A DNA stretch of 63,750 nt, filler included, from Hyphochytrium catenoides (taxonomy: Eukaryota > Protista > Hyphochytriomycota): NCBI GenBank assembly GCA_900088475.1. It is 8 parts of 8 records of this genome, joined end to end, with 100 filler letters (N's around TTAATTAATTAA, not from the genome) between each part and the next. Parts side by side here need not be neighbours in the genome. Positions count along the whole stretch, not along the records: positions 17,694 to 34,450 come from FLMG01002294.1; positions 34,551 to 48,724 come from FLMG01000481.1; 6 more parts are not named here. One strand, given 5' to 3'. The notes beneath the pieces are model-generated. The model worked only from the letters and a program-made list of their open reading frames with translations, had not been told where the DNA came from and made no database searches. Shown one piece after another: positions 22,862 to 35,834 of this stretch. Each line of letters opens with the position of its first letter. Within the stretch, counting starts at the first letter, position 1. The position numbers and the translations under genes are program-made.

Positions 22862-24200
22862 AGCTCCCTCTCTTTAATGCTCTCTCCTTTTATCTTTTTG
22901 TCTGTCGAAGGCTTAGAGCTCTCTTCAACGGCGCACCAAGCCAAGAACATTACCAACCCGAGGGTTTCCCTTAGTCCTTGTCCTCTTTCTCTCTCTCTCT
23001 CTCTCTCTCCTGCTCCTCTCCACCTCTTCCCTAATTGTCTCGCTCTTCCCCCTTTTTGCCTGTTCGTTGTGCCTTACTTCGTCAAAATCTATCAGCCCTT
23101 CACAAGGACTGTCAAGCACGATGGTGCTTCCAATGCGGTGAACGGCGAGAGAGAGCTTAGATCGGCTCAGTGGTGTCTGCAGAGAGTTATAGCGAGAGAG
23201 TAGGAAGAACCAAAGAGACGGATGAAATGAGAAAGAGAGAAGTGTCTGCGTGAGAAGGGGCAGACACACAAACACAAAGAGAGCGAGACAGAGAGACAGA
23301 GAGAGAAAGAAAGAGAGAGAGACAGAGAGAGTGGGAAAGAGAGAAAGAGGAAAAGAGAGAAAGAGAGAGGGAAACAGAGAATGAGAGAGGGAAACAGAGA
23401 GAGAACCTTAAAGACTTTCTTCAAGTTCTCGGCTGTGCTGACAAATTCCGACGTCTCTCCGCAGTGCCCCACCAAGGGAGTGACAGGAGACTCCGCAACG
23501 AAGCCAGACGAGAGAGAAGAGCGAGGGGCAATGCTCCCTGGCAAAGAAGAGGTGTAACAGAAGTGGTAGAGATAAAAGAGAAAAGAGAGAGAGACAGAGA
23601 GAGAGAAAGAGAGAGAGAGAGAAGGGGAGGGGAGAGAGAGACTTAAAATTGCATTATTGAAGCGTTGCTAGGTTCCAAAAGCAAGGAGACAGAGGACACG
23701 ATGGGGCGAAACACATCGCAAGAGGAGAACAGATTGCAAAGCACGAGAGAAAGAGAGTAACGTGATAACGAAGAAGAGAGAGAGAGAGAGAGAGAAAGGA
23801 GAAATACGAGAGAGAAAGTGAGAGAAAGAATAGACGAACTCGAAGTTGACAGTGGCTCAACTGCTCCCGTCCCAAGTCGTGGGTCTCTCTGCAGCCAGTT
23901 CTTAGGAGGACGATTGAGATCTGTGTCAGCCTTCAGCTCCTGAAAGAGAGGGCGAGAGAGAGGAGAAGGAGAGAGAGATCCTCCCACTTGCTCACTGCGA
24001 GAGACGATAATGTGAGGCGAGGAACGGCTAGGAACGAAGTTGTCGCTCTCTCTCTCTTTCTTCTCTTCTTCCAGAGCCATGCTGCCAACGGGCCGGAAGC
24101 CCAAGAAGTGCTTGATTGTACCGCCATCCCGCACCACAGACGCTGGTCCCTCTCTTCTTCCAGCCTCGTCCACTCTGTCTACGTCCTTCGGTCCTTCCAT
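17900..24200 (-). CDS. EDRF1: Erythroid differentiation-related factor 1 homologue, multi-exon (3' end cut by contig end, start approximate)
   Basis: Blocks in order: DTDLNRPPKNWL, EFVSTAENLKKVFK, LSLAVHRIGSTIVLD, LYSKFLYHTL, FQRVLRWQLSDLSLLLGSDSVVF, LDLWLENLMGGVPRTALCLHSEGTVRGYRLLSTEDLP, SILRFIRENCTEEAATYWL, then helical TPR-like exons. Confidence 0.85.
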
Positions 24201-24425
24201 ATCTCTCCCTTATCTCTCTCTCTCTCTCTCTCCAAGCCTCTCTCTCTCTCTCCCTTGCTCTCTCACTCCCTCTTAGAAGGTTGAAGCTGTTACTGTCCGT
24301 CGGCGCTCGAGGGCTTAGCTTGTCCTCTGCCCTGATGATAGAATCTGATAGCTCAGCCCCATGTTAGGCGCTCGGAGAAAGAAATCAAATGTCGGAGATT
24401 GTGATGCAGAGGAGGGGAAAGGGAA

Positions 24426-24468
<43 letters not shown>

Positions 24469-24553
24469 TGATGAGGACGAAAACCTCATAAGAAAGCCGA
24501 TCCAGATAGCCGCTAACGGCCAAAGTAGCGGCGTGAATTTAAAGAAGAGACAG

Positions 24554-24598
<45 letters not shown>

Positions 24599-24886
24599 AG
24601 AGGAGGGAGAGAGAGAGGAGAGAAAGGGAGAAGCGAGGAGACATTTTGGAGAAGAAATGATGACGAAGAGAGAGACGACAGAGAGAGAAAGAGGGAAAAG
24701 ATAAGACGGACAAGAAAGAGCGACGTTTATCCCTTTATCAGACGTCCGCGGAGTTATGTTGGACAAATAGAGAAGCTCTATCCTTGATTGTCATCTGTAT
24801 ATCTTCTGTCTCTTCTTTCTCTCTCTCTCTTCTTTCCTCCGTATGCCATCTTTCACTCCGTCTCTCTTCTTCTTTCACCCCTCAGA

Positions 24887-25103
24887 TTACGAAGAGCCAT
24901 CAGACGGCACGGCGCTCCGTGGGCCGCCCAAAAATCCTCCTCTCATAAGCCCTTTCTTTCTTCTCTTCTGCTGCCGCTCAGCAATCTCAGCTTCAATCTA
25001 AAGCAAGAGGACAAACGTGAAGGAGAGTGTCAAGAAAGTTAGCCACTTGAGGAAGAGCCAAGGGAAGAAAATAGAGGAGAACGAGGGAACATACTGCGAG
25101 TAG

Positions 25104-25162
<59 letters not shown>

Positions 25163-27974
25163 GGTAATAGTAGTAAGAGTGTAAGACGAAGCTCTGATTG
25201 CCGTGCTAACCAGAGGGGACACATCAGAGCGCAAGGAATTTTGAGAAGGGATGAGTACGGCATAGAGAGAGAGAACTGGCACACACATACCAAAACAGAG
25301 AAGAGAGAGAGAGAGAATGGACACAATATTTAGGGGAGAATTATTGAGTGAGAAGACGACGTGCTCCGAAGAAAAAGATTCCACGACCGAGGGTCGTAAG
25401 GCTAAGTCCGAGAGGGAACGGAAAGAGAGAGAAGATAGCAGAAGAAGGAAGAAGGAATTGTGCGCGGGGAAGGAAAAGGAGAGAACAGACCCTACCTGCG
25501 CGAGCTTCCGATTGTACTCCGCGGCGACATCCTTCCCCTTATACTCAGCCAGAACCTCACGGAAGTCGTCAATTCCTTCCGTTGCCAGGGCTGGATGGAC
25601 CGTGAACATAGGGATAGAAAGCAGCAATAGCAATTAGATAGAGAGAGCAGACGAAAATACGAGAGAAGGAGAAAGAGGTAGAGAGGAGAAGGAGAGAGAG
25701 AGAGAAAGAGAGAGCGGAGAGAGAGAGGGGGAAAAAAGAGGGAGAGAGAGAAGAAGAGGAACAAAAGGACACTAGAGACAGATGAAAGTGAGAAGGCACA
25801 TCGCTGTACAGAGGACCAGACTGGGATGCTTATGGCAGTACACGGCACGGGACAGGCAGAAGGTCAACATAGAGAAGAAGAGAACGGAGAGAAAAGACAT
25901 GATCTGCTTCCAGGTTACCTCTCAGGAAAGGGATGAGGTCCAGCAGAGCGGTGTCAGACCTGTCCTGGCCGTTCGTGAACGGCTTGATGGAGATAGCGTT
26001 CTCCGGCTAGAGGGGCAAAAGAGCTTAGTTGTAGGGACGAGGGAGAACAAGAGAGAGAGAGAGAGTAGAGGGAAGTAGAGAGAAGAGAGAGACCCAGCTC
26101 TAACGAGCGAGAGCGAGAGCGCTAAGAAGGGCGGCAAAGTGAGAGAGAAGCACTTCCTCTTGGAGGAAAGATGATAGTTGTACCTGGAACTGGTAAGACC
26201 GAGGATCGTCGTCAATGATGACGATCCGCCTGATGTCTCTATTCATGCGAGACAGATCCTGACAGAAATGACACATCGACCTCAGCGTCTTCTCTCTCCC
26301 TTTGCTTTCACGTAACTCTCTCTCGCGTTACTCCCATCTTTCAGTCATCTCTCTATCTTATGCTTCCTAAACCCTAAGGAACCTGCTTCTCTGTTCACCA
26401 AGAGCCACACGCGCTTGCTCTCGTACTTCGTCTTTCCATTGACTCACTGCCTCAGGTGACCTTACCTTGACATGCACTCCCTTGCGATAAGTGGTGCAAT
26501 CCCTGTACAGGCGGTGCATTATCATGCCCTTGGAAGAGAGAGCAGACAAAGAGAGACAGAGATCCATGAGTCAAAGAGAGATTCAACGAGTAAAGGGACT
26601 AGCATAGGACATTTGCACGGGACACCAACGAGAGACAGCACGCCTGAGAAGTAGAAGTGCGGAAGGGGCAGAGGTGACGAGAGAAGAAATCAAGATTATA
26701 AGTAGAGAGACACGAGGGCTCTCCCCGTACGAGAAACCTCTAAAGGAGACACGATATAAGCTAAGAGAGAAGGAGCTCAACGAGAACAGTGACAGCCTCT
26801 TCTGCCCTACCTCCTTGTCTAGCGAGTTTATGACAGGTTCCGCGATCGCTGAGATGTTCGAGGTGAAGATGACAGTCTCGTAGTACTGGCAGAACAACCT
26901 CGTCAGAGTGTGCTGTCCCTGCTTTGTATGCCCTCTTCTCTCCTACCCAAGCTCCTACTGACTACGCCTCTCTTCCCTACTATAAGTATCTCTATACATC
27001 TCTATTCTGTCTGGTGGGCCAGGCGAAAGTGCCTCTTCTCTCTTACCTTTGCCACTTCTCTGAGGAACTCATCCACTCCTGGTCTCTTGGCGTGACGCCA
27101 GCCGTATTTCCTCTAGGAAAATGTAGAGAATTGTCATGGATATGGAGCAACATAAGGAGTAAGATACTGGAGAGTAGAGCCTAGGAGGATGGATAAGAGA
27201 GACAGAGAGATACCAAGGACTTACATCCCACTCTGAGTGCACGAGCGTATCCTCCAGGTCGATGATAAGCGTTGGCGGGCAAGGCACGTCAGGAGGAAAG
27301 TCTGGAAACGGAGGCCAGTCCTATGCGAGAAGGGAGAGTGTTGAGGTTGTAGCACATTCAAAGGCAGACTCCTCGTCGAAGAATTAAGACGAAGCAGAAC
27401 TGTCAAGAAGAAAGACAAGTAAAATACTGAGTTGGAGAGGAAGACATATGGATAGAAGACAACGCAAGTGCGACACGAAGCAGGAAAAGCCGTACAGGCA
27501 AAAGCTGCTCTCGTGCTGGGTTGGCGAAGGGCTTTCCTATCTCTTCGATCTGAGCTTCTAGCCAGTCAAAGGCCTTTCCTGCAGGGAACCAGCGGCGGGA
27601 AAGGAGAAGAAAGGGATCAAGGGCATATTCAGGGTGAGAGACAATGGGGCGGTCAGTGCGAGTTGAAGGTTGAGCAAGAACACGACGACGAACCTAGCGG
27701 ACTGTCGCTCAGGAACCGCTTGACTTTGTTTATAGAGTCATTGTCTGGCAGCAGAAAGAGAAGGAAGTCAAGGAGGAACGAGTTAGCAAGCGCGGAGATG
27801 TCGTCATGCTATCATGCAGCCCTCCGTACAGCTTCTTGCAAGCAATACTGTCACCAGATCTCTCTCCATCCTTGCCTCTCTCTTTCTTTCCCTGTTTCTC
27901 TAACTACCTTCTACCAATTCACTTGTATCTCTTATTCTAGTACACACTTTCTCTCTCTCTCCTTTCTCTTTCTT

Positions 27975-28012
<38 letters not shown>

Positions 28013-28617
28013 TCTCTCTCTCTCTTGCTCGTTCCCTCTCTCTCGCACGCTCGTTCCCTCTCTCTCGCACACACGAGAGATTTCTTTCGCGTCTCTCCCT
28101 TGCCTAGCGTACGGTCGACTATTGGAAGCTACGCGAACCTCTATCTCTTCAAAAGCTTGTCCTCTCTCCCAGTTCCCTTTCCGTCTTACCTGCAGTGAAG
28201 AACCAAAATCCAGCTCCGCCAAGGCTGACTGTCCCCACGACGCCAGCAAGAAGAAGCTTACGAGATTCCTCCTGACGAGTGCGGACGGCACGGCGACGAA
28301 GCCTCGCTGAGAGGAAAGGGATCAGTCATCCAGCGAGTGTGGGGAGAACAAAGAGAGAGAAACCTCCAACAGCAGAACAAAAACGTAGGGACATCTTTCC
28401 GAGAAGAATGGACTCTTAAAAAAATAGCGAGGAGTCGAAGACGGATGACGAGAGATCAAGCGGTAAGAGATATAGGTCGTGTTTCCAAGAATGGAGTAGT
28501 ACGATATCAAGACAAAGAAAGGAAGAGACCCAGGGAGAAAGGATAGAGACGCATATTGAGATGGAGGTATGGACCGAGAGAGAGAGAGGGCGGGGGTGAG
28601 GGGGCTGAAGGGGAAGA

Positions 28618-28650
<33 letters not shown>

Positions 28651-29264
28651 GAGAGAAAGGAGGGGGGGAAGAGACAGAAGACAGAGAGAGAGAGAGAGAG
28701 GGAGAGAGAGAGAGAGAGCGAAAGAGAGAGGATTAGACTTGAGGAAGTGCGAAGTATGAGAGAGAGAGAGAGAGATCAGAACAGGCGGCAGGTGTCGCGT
28801 CCTACATGCTTGCTGTTGGGTCTCGCTTGCTGTCGCTTCCTCTGTCATCATCCTGCTCTGGATCCTGATCACAGAGCTCTCTAACCCATGACGGAAGTAT
28901 TAGGCCCAGACAAACATGACATAACTGTGTGAGGAAAAGAGAGAGAGAGAGAAGGAAAAAAGAGAGGAAGACAGGGAGAGAGAAGATAGGGAGAGGGACA
29001 GAAAGAGAGAGAAGAGGGAGAGAGAGAGAAGATAGAGGAAGAGACTTCTACTTTATGGAGGACAAAGCGGACTCCATGAGAGAGACAAAAGAGCCGTGAA
29101 GAGAAGAAGAAGAAGAAGCGCGGCGTACGCGGTGGACTTGGCCGATGAGGCTTTAGGCTTAGAGCTGCTCTCCTCATCGCTGCTGCCTGATGGACGCCAG
29201 CAGGCGAGACTTGGAGCTGCAGCCCTCTGCGCATCACTGCAAAGATGCCTCTGATGGCGGCCAT
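24887..29264 (-). CDS. TIM50: Mitochondrial import inner membrane translocase subunit TIM50, about 13 exons
   Basis: Presequence MAAIRGIFAVMRRGL; TM exon LLLAGVVGTVSLGGAGFWFF; PFANPAREQLLP|D; TLIIDLEDTLVHSEWD|RKYGWRHAKRPGVDEFL; YYETVIFTS; HRLYRD; VK|DLSRMNRD; PENAI.IKPF; DTALLDLIPFL; DDFREVL. Stop TAA 24889-24887. Confidence 0.95.
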
Positions 29265-29507
29265 CTTGCCCGTCCTTGGTCGCTGTCTCTTTCACGCGGT
29301 AGACGTCTCTCTCTTAAACGCTAGGGCTATTGCTGCTCCAGTCTGCAGTCTCTCTCTTTCTCGCAGCTTTGAGGTCTGAGCGCCAGATTCACTCAAGCTT
29401 CGGACAGATTCGAGCGCTTCTGATGCCAAACATTGCTCCCTTTCTTCGCTCTTGTGTCTCTTTTCCATTTCTCTCTTGCCCTTGTGCACTTGGATTGTCT
29501 CTCCCTC

Positions 29508-29540
<33 letters not shown>

Positions 29541-32057
29541 TCTATTTCTCCCTCTCTCTCCCTCTCTCTTTCTCCCTCTCTCTCCTCTCTCTGTCTCGTT
29601 CTCTCTCTTCCTCGTTTTCGTTCTCTCCTCTCACTCTTTCTTTCTCTTTCTCTCGCTCTCTCTTGGTCTTCTCCGTTCCTCTCTCTCTCTCTTGCTCTCT
29701 CTCTCTCTCTGTCTGGCTCTCTTCTTTTCTCTCTTTCTTCCTCTCTCTTCTCATTTCTCTCTCTCTCTTTGCATCGTTGTAACAGAGACGTCCATACATC
29801 CCCAACATTCGCATTCTCTGTCCAATCTCTCATGATATTAACCACAGATTTGGTGTAATACTCACAAATCGGCGTCAACTATCCCAAATACTCATTGGAA
29901 GAGGGCCGCTAACGGCGCTTTATAGGCTAGAGGTTTGTGGCAGAATGTGTAAATGTCAAGTATGTTGTCAATTATGGGTCAACCCTCACGTCCATTGAAA
30001 TCTTTCTTCAGGATCAACATCCCCGCCCACCGTCTCTCCTCTCATCAGTCCTGGTCTCTCTTTCTTGGTCTCTCTCTCTCTCTCTTTCTCCTCTCCCACT
30101 CGCCCGCATTCTTCCTCTTCCACTGCACGGATAAGTATGTGCTGCTAGCTCGTCTGCGACAGACATTATTGGAGGTCTGGACTGGCCGCAGCAATCGCAG
30201 CAGAGACGCGTTAGCAGGTGCGAATGAGTGGATGTCTTCGTTCTCAAGCCATCAGGCCCGCTCTTGATATGCCTCAAGAACTTGTTTAGAGTCAACAGAG
30301 CGGTATGAGCTGTAAGGACACTAGCAAAGTCCTCCTCAAAGTCCCCACAAGTTCTTGAGGCGTGACAAGACCTGAATGGGCCATGATGAGGTCATAGATA
30401 GAACGCCTAGACTGTCACACTGTGTGGCGCTGATCTTCGGGCGGCATTTCCTTTTCAAGTCTTGCCTTTCCTTGGGCTCTCTTGCCCGTTACAGTCTCTC
30501 CGCTGAGCTTCCTCCCATTAACTATACGTCTGTCCCAATCAACCCCGGATGGAATGTTTGAGCAAGCAAGACTGTCCGCGTCGTCTTTACGAGCCCCAGA
30601 CCCTCGTTCTCTGGCTATTGGCAATGCTTCTCTCTTCTCCGCATATTCAAGGACAGAAGCCTTGCTCCGTTCCATGGAGAGGCCATCTTCCTGCCATTCT
30701 TATGGACATGATATGCAAGATAAACTCCTTAAGAGAGCCTAGGAGCCTCGTCCGAATCTCATGTGTGGACCAGGTTTTCGGAGCTCCCGACAATCCGTAT
30801 GCACGCTCTACAGCGCTGTGTAATATATAACATAGCTTTTACTTGCTAGAGCTTATCCACCTTTCTCTAGAGAGTCCGCACGTTTAGAGTCTTTGGACCC
30901 AATGTCTGTCTCTCTCTCAATCTCTTTCGTTAGCTGTTGAGCCTCTGCTAGTGCCACTGTTCAAGAGCTTGCTAGAGACTAGATATCAGTCATCAAACCC
31001 GCGGCATAGCTTTGAGTCTTCTATCGAGTAGCCTGTAACTGATAGATAAAAATGGCCATGGAGCTACGCCGCCAAAAAGAGCTGGGCCACACAGGTTCCT
31101 CGCAAGAGATAAGAACGAGACAAACAAGAGCTTTGGTTGGCCTCCAAGATCTGTTCCCGTCAGTCCCACATTCTTTCGCCTGCCCCCCGGGCTTTGGACG
31201 TGGTGCCAGGAGAAAAAGAGAGTCAGGGGAGAGATGCAGGTGACAGGGAGAGAGAGAGAGAGGCCAGGAAGAGACAACTTGTGAGTCTTCCCTGCTCATA
31301 CCGGCAACTGGCCGTCTCTGTTATCGCTTGTCCAAATTGACCAGACAAAGAGAGAAATAACTCTGGGGTTGGTCTTCGTCCATGATCTTCTCCCATGAGA
31401 TCCCTTACGGGAAAGACAAGGATGCAAGCCTCGTGATACCGGTGTTTGCCCGAGCCTCGATTGGACCTCCGCAATCCGTAGAAGAAGGAGAAACCCTATT
31501 CACAATGGAATCTTGAAAACGCTGCGTTGCCAACAGCTGGCTCCTTTGTAGAGAACCGCCTTTAGGCGATCGACCAACATATAAAGAAAGAGAGAGAGAA
31601 ACTGCACATCGACCCGAGAGCGAGGGGTAAAGCTTGCTCGTCCAGTCATCTCTCGTTTCTCTCCCTCACATCTTTTCTCTCTTTCCTCTCTCTCACATCT
31701 TTTCTCTCTCTCCACTCTCTCTCTCTCTTTTTTTTCCTCTAGATGTTGCTCTGATAGCGCATCCCAGCGCACATTAAGTGTAAGGCTCTCAAAGATCTTC
31801 GTCAATATACGATTCTCTCCTTTCTCCCCGTCTTCCCTCCCTTTCTCTCTTCAAGGTCCTTCCTCTCTCTCTACGTAATATAAATCAACTCACTCTGGCT
31901 TACCATCTCTCACTCCCTCTTTGTCTGTCTCCCTTCTGTCATTGACTAAGCTCTTCTATAGCTCTTCCTCTCTTTCTCTCTCTCTCTCTCGCTCGCTCTC
32001 TCGGTCTCGCTCTCTCCTTCCCTATTTGTCACTTTCTGTCACTATAAGTTAGCACTT

Positions 32058-32745
32058 TCAGCAATCCTTTGCGTTCTTGCTCTTGATCCACTCTTCCAGG
32101 TCCAGAGCCCAACCTAGCACTTCTGCGGACTTCATCAACAGCCTGCAAGGTAGTAAAAAGGTGAGACGCTGTGACACATCTCTCTCTGTCTCTCCATTCT
32201 ACTTTTCTCTCTCCTTCTCTCTCCCATCTCTATTTCAAGCCCCTCTGGCTCTTACCTATATTTCCATGATTCCCCCTCTACTCTCTCTCTCTTCGCTCTC
32301 TCTCTCTCTCTCTCTTCGCTCTCCCTCTTTCTCTCTCTCTTCTCCCACCCCAACCCCCTCTCTTCCTTGCCCTTTACCACTCTTCTCTCTCTCTCTTTCT
32401 TCTGTGGCTTAAAGCGTGCCTCTTTCGATCCCATTGAACTCACAAGTCTCTGACTTTTGGGTCAGACTCTAGCTGTGCCGCCTTCGCCATCATCTCTCCT
32501 CCTTCTGAGAAGCATCTGCAGGCCTCAAAGTATCTTCCTTCCTTCCGCGCTCGAGCCCCGTCCTCTACTAAGGCGAAGGACTCGCCAACAGAGATTTCTT
32601 CTTTATATTGAGAGAGACGATTGCGGAGCTCCCCGAACTTCCCCTGCAAATTTCCTGAAGAGCTCTGCTGCGGATGCTCGTCCTTTCCTCTCTGATGGGC
32701 GCTAGATCCTACCGATCTGCCACCTTCACCTGCCCTCTCTGCCAT
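32058..32745 (-). CDS. Small protein with MIT-like three-helix domain, 2 exons seen
   Basis: Exons 32745-32444 and 32142-32058 (phase 2, GT-AG) give FALVEDGARARKEGRYFEACRCFSEGGEMMAKAAQLESDPKVRDLLLMKSAEVLGWALDL, matching the MIT pattern. Start uncertain. Confidence 0.6.
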
Positions 32746-32955
32746 TGAAAGCAAGCGATTGAACTCGGTTTCTCCTACTACCTATCTCCCTCTCCCTCGC
32801 TCTCTCTTTCTCTTGCTTTCTCTCTCTCCTTTCTCGCTCTCCGTAGTTGCTGGCTTGGTGTCTCAAGAATGAACCTGAGATCTCTTTCCCTTCCTTTCTT
32901 TGAAAGGACAAGCTGTAGCGATGGCGTTGTGGGTCGTGTGCACTGCAGATAGATG

Positions 32956-33125
32956 ACAAGAAAAACCCTCTCAGTATCTTGCTCTCTGTCCTCTTCCTCT
33001 CAGTCTCTCTCTCTCTCTCTCTCTCTCTTTCGCTCGCTCGCTCTCGCTCTGTCCACTCTGTGCCAGCACAAGCAAAACGTCTCAGTATCTTGCTCTCTAT
33101 CCTCTTCCTCTCTGTCTCTCTGTCT
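32956..33125. repeat. Imperfect tandem duplication (about 111-nt period) flanked by CT microsatellite
   Basis: ACAAG.AAAAC...CTCAGTATCTTGCTCTCT.TCCTCTTCCTCTC at about 32956 and 33068. Confidence 0.85.
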
Positions 33126-33539
33126 CTCTCTCCTCTCTGTCTCTCTCTCCTCTCTGTCTCTCTCTCTCTGTCTCTCTCTCTNNNNNNNNNNNNNNNNNNN
33201 NNNNNNNNNNNNNNNNNNNNNNNNNNNNNNNNNNNNNNNNNNNNNNNNNNNNNNNNNNNNNNNNNNNNNNNNNNNNNNNNNNNNNNNNNNNNNCACAACG
33301 TCAACCTCGATTCTGATCATTAGTGCGGGTAAATCCCTATATTAGATTGATGTGTACACGGTTACGCACAAAATGGAATACGTGCGTAGGACTGTTAGGA
33401 ATCTAGGGTAGACCTAGTATTTCATAGCTCGAAAAAGCGCACTCTCCGACTAACTTTTCTTGCGCTTTTGTTGGTTGTTGAAAGTTCTGATGGATTTGAA
33501 AGGAGAATTGGCACTTCAACGTTTTTTGATCCATCGGGA

Positions 33540-33959
33540 GAGAGAGAGAGAGAGGAAGAGAGAAAGAGGAAGAGAGAGAGAGAGAGAGAGAGAGAAAGAG
33601 TGACAGAGAGAGACAGAGAGAGAGAGACAGAGAGAGAGAGAGAGGAGAGAGAGAGAGAAGAGAGTGAGAGAGAGACAGAGAGAGAGAGAGACAGAGAGAG
33701 AGAGAGACAGAGAGAGACAGAGAGAGAGAGAGACAGAGGGAGAGACAGAGACAGAGACAGAGAGAGAGACAGAGAGGAAGGACGAGGATCCCAAGAGCTA
33801 TCCCAAGCGGCACGTATGTTCCTGAGCACCAGCGCAAAGAAAGCGAAGGGGAGGGGGTGAGATCTATAAAATGATTGCCTGGGACATTTGATAACCTCTC
33901 CCTTGCATCTCAAGCCCTGAACCACCGCTGCCGAGCCGAGAGAGGGCAAGCCAGCTAAG

Positions 33960-34024
<65 letters not shown>

Positions 34025-34040
34025 GGAGAGAGAGAGAGAG
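33540..34040. repeat. (AG)n/(AGAGAC)n microsatellite tracts, representative of the window-wide pattern
   Basis: Directly visible. Similar tracts at 12770-12900, 14200-14330, 29500-29770, 39200-39530, 44270-44460 and in most introns. Confidence 0.97.
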
Positions 34041-34450
34041 AGAGGAGGAAAGGGAAGGAGAGGAGGGGAGAAGGACAGATAGCTTTCCTGAAGCACGAGA
34101 GGAGGGAGAGGGAGTGCCGTGTGAGGGCACGCCAGCAGAGACGATGGCCTCCTCGAGTTCCTCCGCTCCTTCTTCATCCTACAAAGGTGAGTCGAATCGA
34201 CAGGCTCTTGTCTCTCTTTGTCTGTCTCTCTATCTCTTTCTGTCCAGCGGCTCTGCTGTCTGTCGCTTGGCTTGTCTATCCTAACGCCATTCCGCCTTCT
34301 TTTCCTCTCTCTCTCTATCCCGTGACGGTCCTTTCTCTCTCTACTGTGTCTGCTTCTCTTTCTCTTCTCTCTCTTTATTTTCTCTTTCTGTCTCCCCGTC
34401 TCTGAACTCTCGGTCATTCCGGTCACACCTTCTCTCTCTCTCTCTCTCTC

Positions 34451-34550
34451 NNNNNNNNNNNNNNNNNNNNNNNNNNNNNNNNNNNNNNNNNNNNTTAATT
34501 AATTAANNNNNNNNNNNNNNNNNNNNNNNNNNNNNNNNNNNNNNNNNNNN
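34451..34550. other. Artificial contig spacer
   Basis: 44 N + TTAATTAATTAA + 44 N. Confidence 0.98.
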
Positions 34551-34690
34551 GATATCAAAGCTCCAGCCAATCAGGTTGGACTGACGATTGACCGCTAGCC
34601 AATGAGAGGCCTGGAAAGCCAAAATAGCCCCCTTATCTCTTCTATGATTGGCTGACCACTGCTCATCAAACATCATAATAGATTGTCTTA
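34551..34690. promoter_or_regulatory. CCAAT/GATA cluster upstream of NRT2
   Basis: AGCCAATCAG (CCAAT 34567), AGCCAATGAG (34599), ATTGG (34647), TTATCT (34633), GATATC (34551) in a microsatellite-free patch about 1.2 kb upstream of the NRT2 ATG. Confidence 0.45.
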
Positions 34691-35834
34691 GTGTAGCCTT
34701 GGTCCTGATCCTATTCCGCCTTACTTTGAAGTTATTTACTTCCGAAGAGCTTATTTTCTAAGCCTTAACCGCCATGTCTGTGGGAAAGTCAAATTCATTG
34801 ACCTCGAAGTACAGGAGGAGGCCTGGAAGGCAGCTTCCAAAATATAGACAAACGCTGTTGGCAGGGGGACAAAAAGGGGGAATGAGAGCATGAACAGAGC
34901 ATGAACAGAGACAGAGAGAGAGAAGAGAGGAATGTTCACACTCTCTCTCTCTCGGTGTCTCTCTCTCTCTCTCTCTCTCCCTCCCACTTCTCTTGTTCTC
35001 TTTCTCTCCGGTTTTCTTTCTTGCATCGCAGTCTCACACTCGTTTGGCAAGCGTTCTTCTTCTTGGAGCCTCCGTCGTCGCTTCTATTTTACTACTACCC
35101 CGTTGTGTCTCTCTTTGTGGTGTGTCTCTCTCTGGATCGCTAGTAGGAGCTCAGGTGGCCAATCTTGGTCGCAGTTTGCTGGGTAGCTTATAATGATCCT
35201 TTTTGGTCGTTTGGTGCTCTGTCAAACAAAGAAGACAGAAGAGAAGAGAGGGAGGAAGAGAGAGAAGAGCGCCAGAAGAGAGAAGAGGATTGTTGAAGGA
35301 TAATCTCCTCCCAGCGAAGGCCCTTGTAGCGTGCTTCTCTTCTCTTGCCTCTTATGCTATTAGATAGAGCAGTTAGGGGAGAGACGCATGAAACTAGGCC
35401 AACGGAGGGAGAGAGAGAGAGAGAAAGAGGGGGAGGAGAGGGAGGGAGAGAGGAGACGAGACAGCGAAAGGTCATTTTCAGGAGTGGAAAGCCCTGCTTG
35501 GCTGAGCTATGGGAGAGTAAGCTCTCTCTTCTCGCTCGCTCCTCCTGCTGCCATAACAAAACCTTCCACCTGCGCCGCAAGTGCCCGGAGCAACCTCATC
35601 GTACTCGGACTGAGCAACCTGCCACCCACTGTGCCGCAGTCTCTCGCAAGCTTTTAAGAGAGAAAGAGAGAGAGAGAGAAGAAGAGAAAGATCTCAAACA
35701 CCAACACTTAAAATATTTCTCTCTCTCCTCCTCTCTGTCTCTCTCCTACCTAGCCTCTTCTCTTCCCGCCCTCTTCCAGCCGACCACCGCCAACTCACCA
35801 AGGGAAAAGAGAGACAAGGAGAAGAAGAAGAAAA

